A DNA stretch of 30,871 nucleotides from Promethearchaeota archaeon (GCA_013375475.1 JABXKD010000044.1:1-30871), one strand, 5' to 3'. Numbered from the stretch's first letter, positions 1 through 8,577 are shown. The notes: generated by a model from the sequence alone, not told the origin. Made by a program: numbers and translations.

Positions 1-613
1 TTTCCTGGACTAGACATAAAGAATCAATAGAGGTCCATTTAGTAGGTTTGAAATCCGTTAAATGGTATTCTAACGGCTTAAAACCGTTTAGGGACTCAAT
101 GTAGAGATTAATTCCATCAACGTACCTTTCAAATGAACTGAAATAATCAAGTGTTCCATTAGCATACATCTTTCTTAATAATTCATCGGTTTTAATAGCT
201 GAATCCAACATACCCCTTGCAAGCGCGATTTTATCTCCAGATAACATACTCTCTCCTAAAATTTCTGACAATCCCCCTTTCACTTGACGTCGCCACATAT
301 CCATTTGGAACAATCTATCTTGAGCGTGGCAATAGCCTTGAGCAAAAAAGAGATCTTCTTCGTATTCGGCAAAAATATGAGGTACACCCCAATCATCACG
401 AATAATGTTGACTTCACCCCTTAACCCAGGCACATTTAACCTTTCTGCCGTTGGAAGCTCTCCCGGAACTTTCCATACGCCGTTTCCAGGAAATAATAGG
501 TTGCCTAAAGGTGGTATTCCCATTAATTGCATTGAAAAGATTGTCATTATTATAATAGCGAGTGGTACAAAAATCGATAATTTCATAACAGCTTTTTTTG
601 CGTGATTTTTCAT
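1..613 (-). CDS. Penicillin acylase family (peptidase S45, Ntn-hydrolase), N-terminal part; runs off the window edge
   Basis: Not in the ORF track. Manual translation from ATG at 613 is open to position 1: MKNHAKKAVMKLSIFVPLAIIIMTIFS (N-terminal TM), then IIRDDWGVPHIFA, DLFFAQGYCHAQDRLFQMD, LSEILG and YVDGIN, which are the S45 alpha-subunit signatures. Confidence 0.9.
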   Translation of the reverse strand, partial: MKNHAKKAVMKLSIFVPLAIIIMTIFSMQLMGIPPLGNLLFPGNGVWKVPGELPTAERLNVPGLRGEVNIIRDDWGVPHIFAEYEEDLFFAQGYCHAQDRLFQMDMWRRQVKGGLSEILGESMLSGDKIALARGMLDSAIKTDELLRKMYANGTLDYFSSFERYVDGINLYIESLNGFKPLEYHLTDFKPTKWTSIDSLCLVQE

Positions 614-733
614 CTTAAAACCTCTATAATGTTAAAAGTTTCTCTTGAATTTTTAGAAATAAAATTTAATATAAATCTATTTATATTAATCTGCTTTAAA
701 AACTATCTTTTTTTCAAATAAGAGGTGACTAGG

Positions 734-799
734 ATGCAAATTTCAAGGAAAATAATCAAATCTTTTTCTGATTATGATCTAACAAAAAGACAACTTTAG
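734..799 (+). CDS. Possible 21-aa small ORF (MQISRKIIKSFSDYDLTKRQL)
   Basis: SD-like GAGGTGA at 722-728, ATG at 734, TAG at 797-799. No homology recognised. Confidence 0.2.
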   Translation: MQISRKIIKSFSDYDLTKRQL

Positions 800-840
800 A
801 GTGGCCGTAAAATTTAATATTTTATAACTCTATAACGAAA

Positions 841-870
841 TCGATATTTTTGTTAGTCAAAAAATATCGA
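841..870. repeat. Perfect 11-bp inverted repeat with 8-nt spacer; candidate operator or hairpin
   Basis: TCGATATTTTT (841-851), spacer GTTAGTCA, AAAAATATCGA (860-870). It lies in the divergent intergenic region just upstream of a TATA-like TTATATAAA (888-896). Confidence 0.6.
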
Positions 871-1007
871 AAATATTCAAGAAGTAATTATATAAATATG
901 AAATCTACAATATTATTATATAAAATTTTAAAAAGTTTGAGTAGATCAGACTTTTTGTTTTATTATTACAATAAACTATACTAAATAAAGAAAGATGTGA
1001 ATATAAA

Positions 1008-1721
1008 ATGGTTTCTGAATTAGGTTTATTAGATGGTCTAACTGCTACTGGTATTATTTTATCGGCAACGATTTTTGGTTTATTATCCTTATATAAATCA
1101 ATAAAGTTAAAAGCGAAACTCTTAACAATTGCAGCTTTAACTATGTTTTTTGTTGGTCTTCTATGGTTTGGTCCCTTTATAGATTTTATTTTGGTAACAT
1201 TTACAGGAAGCAATATAACTCCGACACCGTTATACTCTCTCTTAAGCTATACTTGGGTTGTTCCAGCATTGATTTTCGCATTGTACCTTGGTGGCGAACT
1301 TTTAATTCCAAAAAAGAAATGGATTTTAATTGGAGTTTTTATTGTACTAGGTTTAGTTTTTGAATATTTCTTATGGTTTCAGACAACTGAATCATTCACT
1401 TGGTTAGCTCCTGGTAGTCCTGGTTTTGTTGTTGGTCAAGATTTAATAGATGCTAGTTTTGTCAGAGAGTATTATACATTTTTATTAATTGCCCTATTCT
1501 TAGTCGTTGCATTAATATTTCTTGGTATTGGATTTTTTGTAAAAGCCAAGCAAGCAACTGGTGATTTGAGAAGAAAGTTTTTCTATTTAGGGCTAGGGTT
1601 TACAATTTTCGTTGTTTGTGGCGCATTAGATTCAATTCTTACTTTACCCTTTGCCATTGGTTTTGTGCGAGTAATTATGATGACATTCGCTCTTTGGATG
1701 TATTTAGGGCTAAAAACATAA
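1008..1721 (+). CDS. Integral membrane protein, about 7 TM helices, no soluble output domain
   Basis: 237 aa with about seven hydrophobic segments separated by basic loops (KSIKLKAK, PKKKW, DLRRKFF). Resembles 7TM sensor-type domains. Confidence 0.75.
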   Translation: MVSELGLLDGLTATGIILSATIFGLLSLYKSIKLKAKLLTIAALTMFFVGLLWFGPFIDFILVTFTGSNITPTPLYSLLSYTWVVPALIFALYLGGELLIPKKKWILIGVFIVLGLVFEYFLWFQTTESFTWLAPGSPGFVVGQDLIDASFVREYYTFLLIALFLVVALIFLGIGFFVKAKQATGDLRRKFFYLGLGFTIFVVCGALDSILTLPFAIGFVRVIMMTFALWMYLGLKT

Positions 1722-1730
1722 ATAAAAATA

Positions 1731-1746
1731 TTTTTCTTTTTTTTTT
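1731..1746 (+). terminator. Oligo-T archaeal-type terminator
   Basis: TTTTTC followed by T10, 10 nt after the stop codon at 1721. Confidence 0.55.
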
Positions 1747-1756
1747 CTATCTTTGT

Positions 1757-3232
1757 TTACTGATTTATTTCTTGAACATAATCAAATATTGTGTCTAATC
1801 TACCTTTAATACTTCCGAACAATCCTTCTTCTTCAGATACTACGGAATTAATAGCTGTTTTTAAACCGTAATGGCTTTCTGAAATTAAAACTCTAATAGG
1901 AAGTGTTAGAATATCGCTTATTAACATTATAATTTCTTGCATTACCCTTATAATTTTTGGGATGTTCTCTTCAGTTTTTTCTACCATTGACTTATCCGAA
2001 GAAATTAAACCATTCTCTCTTTCTCTTCTTAATTCTTCCCAAACATTATCTTTTAACTCTGAAAAATCAATACCTAAATTTTCAAGTGCCATTTTAGCTC
2101 CTTCAAAGAGAAAATTTATATCATCTTTACCCGAAAATTGTCGGACATTCTCAACCATCTCCGCTGGAGCTAAACCATCGAGAAAACTTATTAATAATTG
2201 ATGATAATCGTTAATAACATCAATAGGGATGAATAATAATACAAACTCTCTTAATTGATTAAAGAGATACCCCGCTATTTTAGCAAATGTGTTATTTTTC
2301 AAAATTTTTTCGATTAATCCTCCATATTCATTAAGCAAGTGAACTGCGAGATAACCGATAATTCTCAAAAGATCATCCTCATAATTTTTAAAGTAATCAA
2401 AAAAATGTTCAGTTTCCATGTTTAATTTGTCTTCAATAATCTCAGCAACTTTACTTTTAATACCCTCTAAAGGTTCATCCAGTAACTCCTCAATTTTATC
2501 AAGAGATAAGACTTCTTGAAGTTTATCAATAATGTCTAATTTAGTTTCTTGAACAACATCCTCTTCCATTGATTCTTCAAATTTAACTCCAGATTTAATT
2601 TTATCTTGAATTCGAACGGAGCTAAGCTCTTTCCATTCTAGATTATCATAAATTTTACATATAAACTGAAGACATCCATCACCTTTAGCTATGCACTTTT
2701 TCTCTGCAATATTAATTCTATAATCGCTTCTTTTAATTTTAAGTATAAAATTGGCAACACTTTCTAGCATTCCCGTTAAACCGCAGGCTAGACCTTCACT
2801 ATCTTTATTGTTTACTTTTTGAAAGTTGAAAGTATCTTCGCCATCTACCCCATACCCAGCACATAGTGGACAGGTTTTTATTTTAACAATATAATCGTTA
2901 CGTTCCGAGCCTTCTTTAGGAAGTTCTTCGTATGTTAAGTCTCCCTCAGTCAATTCCTTGCCAAAAACAACAACCCACAAAAGTTCAAAATATTCTATTA
3001 CTTTTCTCGGGCTCCCCGGCATCCATTTAAAAACAGCCGTGTGACGTTCGCATGATTCTGTAGCAGCTTTTTTACCGATCTCTCTAAGTATAATAACGCT
3101 GTCTTCTTCATTTTTTGTGATTTCATTTATCTCCTTTAATATTTCACGATAAAGAAGAACATAAAAGAGGGAATTCGTATTCCTTCCAAAAACCTTAGTA
3201 ACCTTTTTTAATAACCATTGAACTGCTCCCAT
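1757..3232 (-). CDS. V4R/Bet3-like domain protein with a large acidic helical C-terminal region
   Basis: The N-terminal ~195 aa contain LREIGKKAA, KTCPLC, ACGLTGMLES and EKKCIAKGDGCLQF (V4R pattern). The remaining ~290 aa are helical and acidic with no recognised family. Confidence 0.75.
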   Translation of the reverse strand: MGAVQWLLKKVTKVFGRNTNSLFYVLLYREILKEINEITKNEEDSVIILREIGKKAATESCERHTAVFKWMPGSPRKVIEYFELLWVVVFGKELTEGDLTYEELPKEGSERNDYIVKIKTCPLCAGYGVDGEDTFNFQKVNNKDSEGLACGLTGMLESVANFILKIKRSDYRINIAEKKCIAKGDGCLQFICKIYDNLEWKELSSVRIQDKIKSGVKFEESMEEDVVQETKLDIIDKLQEVLSLDKIEELLDEPLEGIKSKVAEIIEDKLNMETEHFFDYFKNYEDDLLRIIGYLAVHLLNEYGGLIEKILKNNTFAKIAGYLFNQLREFVLLFIPIDVINDYHQLLISFLDGLAPAEMVENVRQFSGKDDINFLFEGAKMALENLGIDFSELKDNVWEELRRERENGLISSDKSMVEKTEENIPKIIRVMQEIIMLISDILTLPIRVLISESHYGLKTAINSVVSEEEGLFGSIKGRLDTIFDYVQEINQ

Positions 3233-3738
3233 TATTGTGCACCTCCCTCTTTGTATTCAAAGCTCTGAATGCAATATTTGTTTCCAAACGTTCGGGATTC
3301 TATGATATCAAGTGGGTGTAGCATAAACGAAGATTTTTCGTTATTAATGCAAGCTATAATTTCTGATATCATTGCTGCGATTATTTCACATCCTGCAACA
3401 TCGATATCGTTAAACTGGTACTTGCATAAAGAACAGTCATTATCTTTTATCATAATAATTTTATTAATTTCATCAAGTTCTACTGAAACGGAGCTATTTA
3501 GGACCTTTTTATATATTGTAGTTATTACATCACTTATATTAGCTTTATTAACGTGATCAATTGGCTTCCAATATTTTATGTAAGTTCGGGCTATATTTCG
3601 TCCCATTCTCCTTAGATTTTCTCTTGTTCCAGAAATACCATTGATCTTCATAAATCTTTCTAAATGATACACCATATTACGCATTTGATTCATAGTAGCA
3701 TCTGACTGTAGCAAATCTTCTCTTGTTAAATTCATCAT
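3232..3738 (-). CDS. Single-domain V4R/Bet3-like protein
   Basis: Motifs LRRMGRNIA, DNDCSLC, GCEIIAAMISE and ESRTFGNKYC. Its TAA overlaps the ATG of the next gene (TAATG). Confidence 0.72.
   Translation of the reverse strand: MMNLTREDLLQSDATMNQMRNMVYHLERFMKINGISGTRENLRRMGRNIARTYIKYWKPIDHVNKANISDVITTIYKKVLNSSVSVELDEINKIIMIKDNDCSLCKYQFNDIDVAGCEIIAAMISEIIACINNEKSSFMLHPLDIIESRTFGNKYCIQSFEYKEGGAQ
3240..3249 (-). promoter_or_regulatory. Shine-Dalgarno site for the 491-aa V4R gene, inside the upstream CDS
   Basis: GAGGGAGGTG on the minus strand, 7 nt before the ATG at 3232. Confidence 0.65.
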
Positions 3739-3912
3739 TCTTCCATTTTAGGCATAAAAATTTGAATAATTAATGAAAAAAAACCATCAATATTAATATT
3801 TTCAATTAAATTTATAGATGATTAGTATGTTTTTCAAGGTAGAATTATAATCTAATAAATCTTTTATAGATATGATAATTTAAATTTCTTAAAAAAAATC
3901 GAGGTAATATAT

Positions 3913-4560
3913 ATGGACGCTCAAATGGAAATATTTTGGCTAGGGCATGCCAGTTTTAAAATACAGATGTTTAGCGGTAGGATTATCTATTTAGATCCTT
4001 ATAATATTAAAGACGGAGAAGAAAAAGCTGACATAATAGTCTCGTCTCATACACATGGAGATCATTTTTCTAGATCAGATATTAAAAAGATTTGGGGAGA
4101 TAACACAATTTTGTTAGGTCCTGCGAGCATTGAAAGTAGCTTAAAGAAGTTTGACGGTAAAGCGCTTGAAATTGGTGAAGAGTTCGCGTATAAAGATTTT
4201 ACTATAGAACTTTTTCCCGCATACACAATAAAGAAACCTACACATCCAAAAAGCAATAAATGGACGGGAACTATAATAGAATCTGCCGGTAAAAGTGTTT
4301 ATCATGCAGGTGATACAGAAAGAATCCCTGAAATGAAAGCTCTTAAGGACAGAAAAATAACTGTCGCATTACTTCCCTGTGGAGGAACCTACACTATGGA
4401 TTTTGAAGAAGCATCTGATGCTGCTATAGATATCCAGCCTGAAATAGTTGTTCCAATGCACAATTGGGAAAAGGATCTAAATTCGTTTAAGGATATTATG
4501 GCGAAGAAAGATTCTAATATTAAAGTAGAAATTTTAACAGAAAAATCCTTGAAAATCTAA
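3913..4560 (+). CDS. MBL-fold metallo-hydrolase (UlaG/Lactamase_B_3-like)
   Basis: Motifs WLGHASF, YLDP, SHTHGDH (HxHxDH), YHAGDT and VPMH. GAGGT SD at 3901-3905. Confidence 0.9.
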   Translation: MDAQMEIFWLGHASFKIQMFSGRIIYLDPYNIKDGEEKADIIVSSHTHGDHFSRSDIKKIWGDNTILLGPASIESSLKKFDGKALEIGEEFAYKDFTIELFPAYTIKKPTHPKSNKWTGTIIESAGKSVYHAGDTERIPEMKALKDRKITVALLPCGGTYTMDFEEASDAAIDIQPEIVVPMHNWEKDLNSFKDIMAKKDSNIKVEILTEKSLKI

Positions 4561-4567
4561 GGGTTTA

Positions 4568-4574
4568 TTTTTTT
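4568..4574 (+). terminator. Oligo-T terminator candidate
   Basis: T7 run 8 nt after the MBL hydrolase stop codon. Confidence 0.4.
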
Positions 4575-4642
4575 ATTCATTTTAAAACTAAATATGAGTG
4601 TAATTATTAGCTATATTAATAATCTGAAATGAGATCACACAA

Positions 4643-5245
4643 ATGAAATTATATTCTGTTGGCGTTAGGGGAGGATTAAAGAAGATTAATAAAGCCGATT
4701 TTCAAGAAAATGAAGTGTATTTAATTGACGATTCTAAAACAATGTATCTGTGGTTTGGATCAAATATAACTAAGAAAAGAAGAAACTTATCATTAGACAA
4801 AACAAAGTTGAGAAATGAAAAAAATGAAAATGCAGCTAATATTCAAATAATTATCCAAAATAAAGAATATGGGGCATTTTTAGCTATTAAGGACGCTTTA
4901 ATGAAAGGGGAAATCAAAAAACAAAATTTAGAGAGAAGACCAGAGTTAGAAATTAAATTTGAAGAAACTTTGGAGCTTATAGAGGCAGGAATAAGTCCAG
5001 ATTTAGAGGCAGAAATAACTTTGGCTGCTCATAAGCTATCAAAAAAAAATATATCTTACAAAAATTTATGTCAACTTTTAGCTGAGATGCAAATGGATCT
5101 TATTAAAGGTCCAAACAAAGCTACTAAGAGTGAAATATTGAAGAAGACGCAAGAAATTTTCGAGTCCTCATCAACCTATGAAGAAATTTGCTGGTTAATA
5201 GCACAATTAAATGTAATTGCAGATAAGAGTTCAATAGATTCATAA
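4643..5245 (+). CDS. One-domain gelsolin with C-terminal helical extension (Asgard 1DGelX-type)
   Basis: The gelsolin repeat pattern (ENEVYLIDDSKTMYLWFGS ... IIIQNKEYGAF) occupies aa ~1-88. It is followed by two 25-aa helical repeats ending (S/T)YxxhCxLhA(E/Q). Confidence 0.8.
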   Translation: MKLYSVGVRGGLKKINKADFQENEVYLIDDSKTMYLWFGSNITKKRRNLSLDKTKLRNEKNENAANIQIIIQNKEYGAFLAIKDALMKGEIKKQNLERRPELEIKFEETLELIEAGISPDLEAEITLAAHKLSKKNISYKNLCQLLAEMQMDLIKGPNKATKSEILKKTQEIFESSSTYEEICWLIAQLNVIADKSSIDS

Positions 5246-5252
5246 CTAAATC

Positions 5253-5259
5253 TTTTTTT
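5253..5259 (+). terminator. Oligo-T terminator candidate
   Basis: T7 run 8 nt after the gelsolin stop codon. Confidence 0.4.
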
Positions 5260-5447
5260 AATCACCCTTTTTGAAAAATGATTAGTCGAAATTCGTTCTA
5301 ATTGTATTGGCTGTGAATAAAAATACACGACTTTTCCCGAATATGGCATAATGTTTTATAAATGATACTAATAAAAGCAATTAAATATTTATTTTGACTT
5401 ATAATAAACATATTATTTAAAAATTCTAACTTTTTCAAAATTCTAAA

Positions 5448-5816
5448 TTGATGAATATGACGAGAATCGAAGAATTGAAAGATTTTGGTATCGAAATTAC
5501 TGATGATATGAAGGAAGGGAATGTTTTAATAGATGTTTTTACAACCTGGTGCGGTCCCTGTAAATTTGTTTCACCTATACTGAAAAAGCTTAAGGATGAA
5601 GGATTGTTTAAGTTAATTAAGATTGATCTGGACCAAAATCGGTCTTTAGGTAATAAATTTAATATAACTGCCATTCCTACTCTGCTTTTCTTCAAAAATG
5701 GGGATTTATACAATGGAATCATTGAAATTCAAGGCCAACCCTTAGTAAGAGACGGAATAATGATAGGGGCGGGAAGTGAAGATACTATTAGAGAAATAGT
5801 TGCCAAAATGAATTAA
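5448..5816 (+). CDS. trxA: Thioredoxin
   Basis: WCGPC active site and the IPTLLFFKNG cis-Pro motif. The exact start codon is uncertain (5448, 5451 or 5457). Confidence 0.9.
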   Translation: MMNMTRIEELKDFGIEITDDMKEGNVLIDVFTTWCGPCKFVSPILKKLKDEGLFKLIKIDLDQNRSLGNKFNITAIPTLLFFKNGDLYNGIIEIQGQPLVRDGIMIGAGSEDTIREIVAKMN

Positions 5817-5998
5817 ATCATTATAAGAAATAATTAAATTCATCTCCAAGAGAAAACGCTAAAAATTTTTTGAATTTTTTTTATTTTCTGATTTGCTAAA
5901 GAAATTGAACCTTTTCTTTGCGGTAAATTAAAAAGAATTAATTTAAAATTTAAAGGTAAGTTTTATTAATATAAGTTTAAAAAACTAAATAAATAATT

Positions 5999-6502
5999 AT
6001 GGCAACTATAGATTTTGAATTTCGAAATCAAATTATCCAATCTGACATAGGTAGTACCTTAGCTTATTGCTATCAATGTGCTACTTGTAGTGGTGCTTGT
6101 CCTGTGGCACAAGTAACAAATGGTCGCTATAATCCTAGGAGATTAATTTTGGATGCTCTTCTTGGGTTAAAAGAAAAAATCTTTGGTATAGAAAATGCAT
6201 TTAACATATGGGGATGTACGGTTTGTGATACTTGTGATGAGGTATGCCCTCAGAAAGTGGAACTCACAGAGATTTTTACCATTTTAAAAAATCTAAGCGT
6301 TGAAAAAGGTGAAGCTCCCGATTACTACACTACCCAAGCATCTACAATCCTAGAAAATGGAAAAGCGATACCTATGCAGCCTGCTATAGAAAGAAGAAGA
6401 GATCAACTTGGTTTACCAAAAGTTATACCTCCTGATGTAGATGAGGTAAAAAAACTTCTAGAAACTACAAAATTAGCAGAAAAAATTAAAAAAGAAGAAT
6501 AA
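5999..6502 (+). CDS. hdrC: Heterodisulfide reductase subunit C-like 2x[4Fe-4S] protein
   Basis: CYQCATCSGACP, YNPRRLI, IWGCTVCDTCDEVCPQ and C-terminal RRDQLGLP, all typical of HdrC. Confidence 0.85.
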   Translation: MATIDFEFRNQIIQSDIGSTLAYCYQCATCSGACPVAQVTNGRYNPRRLILDALLGLKEKIFGIENAFNIWGCTVCDTCDEVCPQKVELTEIFTILKNLSVEKGEAPDYYTTQASTILENGKAIPMQPAIERRRDQLGLPKVIPPDVDEVKKLLETTKLAEKIKKEE

Positions 6503-6522
6503 CATTCTTCCTTTCTCTTTTT
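6494..6522 (+). terminator. Weak hairpin plus pyrimidine tract at the hdrC stop
   Basis: GAAGAAT-AAC-ATTCTTC 7-bp stem (6494-6510) followed by CTTTCTCTTTTT. Confidence 0.3.
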
Positions 6523-6629
6523 AAAAATAAACAATTGTTAAAGTTTCTTCTCAGCTGTTAAAGCTTAAATTGAAATAGTAATTGAGTTTTATCTATGTAT
6601 AATTAATAATATAAAGGAGTGAAATTAAA

Positions 6630-7403
6630 TTGAGAAATCCAATTATTGGTGGGAACTGGAAAATGAATAAGGGATCACCCTCAGAAGCAACCAAAATGCT
6701 TAAGGAATTGATCCCTTTGGTGAAGAAAATAAAATCTGTCGATATTGTAGTAGCTCCACCGTTCACAGCTTTATTCTCGACCATCCAAATTGTTAAGAAC
6801 ACAAACATTATGGTTGGAGCACAAAATATGTATTATGAGGAAATGGGTGCTTTTACAGGCGAAATTTCTCCAGAGTTCTTAAAAGATCTAGGGTGCAAAT
6901 ATGTTATTTTAGGTCACAGCGAAAGAAGGGACATTTTTAATGAAACTAATGATTTAATAAACAAAAAATTGAAAAAAGCTTTAAATTCTAATTTAAATCC
7001 CATCGTTTGTATAGGAGAACATCTAGAAGAAAGGGAATCTGGTAGAACAAAAGATGTAATTGAAAATCAATTTGACCTAACTTTTAATGATTTAAAGAGT
7101 GAAGAACTTAGTAAGGTTACTATAGCCTATGAACCAATTTGGGCTATAGGCACAGGTAAAACAGCTACTCCAGAACAGGCTGAAGAGATTCATATTTTTA
7201 TTCGTGAACTAATAGCTAGTAACTATGATAAAAAGACAGCAGAAATTGTCAGAATTCAATATGGAGGTTCGATTAAACCAACTAATGCAAACGAGTTATT
7301 TAAAAAAGAGAATATTGACGGAGGTTTAGTTGGAGGTGCATCTCTTCACGCTAAATCCCTATATGAGATAATTAAAGCTGCTGAAATATCCTTTAACAAG
7401 TGA
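6630..7403 (+). CDS. tpiA: Triosephosphate isomerase, bacterial/eukaryotic type
   Basis: GGNWKMN, GAFTGEIS, LGHSERR, AYEPIWAIGTG, YGGS and GGLVGGASL. TTG start with SD GGAGTGA at 6616-6622. Confidence 0.97.
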   Translation: MRNPIIGGNWKMNKGSPSEATKMLKELIPLVKKIKSVDIVVAPPFTALFSTIQIVKNTNIMVGAQNMYYEEMGAFTGEISPEFLKDLGCKYVILGHSERRDIFNETNDLINKKLKKALNSNLNPIVCIGEHLEERESGRTKDVIENQFDLTFNDLKSEELSKVTIAYEPIWAIGTGKTATPEQAEEIHIFIRELIASNYDKKTAEIVRIQYGGSIKPTNANELFKKENIDGGLVGGASLHAKSLYEIIKAAEISFNK

Positions 7404-7429
7404 AATGAATAAGAATATTGTTTCTATAT

Positions 7430-8287
7430 TTATCCTAGAATCTGGTTAAATTTTGCTGCAAGTTTTCCCGGGAATTCTCCTAAATAAGATTGGGGATCCG
7501 CAAATAACAAGTAGAAATAGGGCTCAAACAGTCCGTGAATAGTCGGACCAACCCCTGATTTTATTATATACACCCAAATTGGTTCTTCTAAGATGTAAGA
7601 TTGTCGATAAATCCATTCAAGAGGTACAATATTAGGAAATATACCAATGTTTCTTAATATTACATCTACATCATTCAATGAATATTTATTTCCGTAAACT
7701 GTGATAGGCGACAAATCGAAGGAACAAATACAAATACCGTGTAGACCATAATTATCCATTTCAGCTAAAAATTCATTTGCTAAGTGATCGATTTCATTTT
7801 CATGCTCTGTTATGCGTTTCCTAGCTTTTGAATCGGTCAATATATCTATTATATTATCCTCTTCATTTTGCAGTAATTCTAAAGCTGAATCAAGAGGAAC
7901 TTTCGTAGAAATTACCGTGTCATAAATTAGCTTTATCTTTTCCTTGACAGATTTATGAAGTAAATAAGGTTCTGTTTGAGTTGTGATTAATACATCACCT
8001 TCGTAATTTTTACCATTATTTTTTGACCCATCTTTTTTGCCCGATCTGAATTCAAGAACTTCAATTTTTTTATCGATATTTCTAGCAAATTCAAATAAGG
8101 CAGAAACCAATCCCGCATTAAGTTCAAACCTACTAACAGGATCCAAATTAGATATTCTTTCTGAGTTTTTATGCGTAAAATCAAAAAACCTTAATAATAT
8201 ACTTGAACCATTAGGAGGAAGTTTCAAATTTATATTATAATAAGGATATCCGGTGTTGGTAATGACAGACAGTTCATAGAATGTCAT
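7430..8287 (-). CDS. Putative longin-like domain fused to a roadblock/profilin-like domain
   Basis: N-half: ELSVITNTGYPYY ... LNAGLVSALFEFA ... IEVLEF (longin pattern). C-half: GLHGICICSFDLSPI ... YLLFADPQSYLG plus a terminal helix (roadblock pattern). Confidence 0.55.
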   Translation of the reverse strand: MTFYELSVITNTGYPYYNINLKLPPNGSSILLRFFDFTHKNSERISNLDPVSRFELNAGLVSALFEFARNIDKKIEVLEFRSGKKDGSKNNGKNYEGDVLITTQTEPYLLHKSVKEKIKLIYDTVISTKVPLDSALELLQNEEDNIIDILTDSKARKRITEHENEIDHLANEFLAEMDNYGLHGICICSFDLSPITVYGNKYSLNDVDVILRNIGIFPNIVPLEWIYRQSYILEEPIWVYIIKSGVGPTIHGLFEPYFYLLFADPQSYLGEFPGKLAAKFNQILG

Positions 8288-8577
8288 GTTAAAAAGTAAA
8301 TTTAAATAAATTCGAAGAATGTAATATTATTTTTTCTATAAATATAGATCTGAGTAAATATATTTTAACCTACTGAATTTTAAGATAGAAAATTATATTT
8401 TTCAATTGTGTCATTCAGAAACATGGTAAAATGCTTGTAAAATTCAAGTTATAAATAGTGGCAATTTAGTAGAAAAAGTGGAAAAAAACACGAAAACAAG
8501 GGGTTTAAATCGCTATTTTCTTACTTTAGTTTACAAACTTTAACCAAATTTATTACCATTTAAATAGGAGAGGCCAT

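Noticed and set aside
217-605. Plus-strand ORFs 217..405 and 405..605
   Set aside because: Antisense shadows of the penicillin-acylase-family gene on the minus strand.
1008-1721. Microbial rhodopsin or heliorhodopsin
   Set aside because: No DxxxK or SxxxK retinal-binding motif in the last helix; the only Lys there is the penultimate residue.
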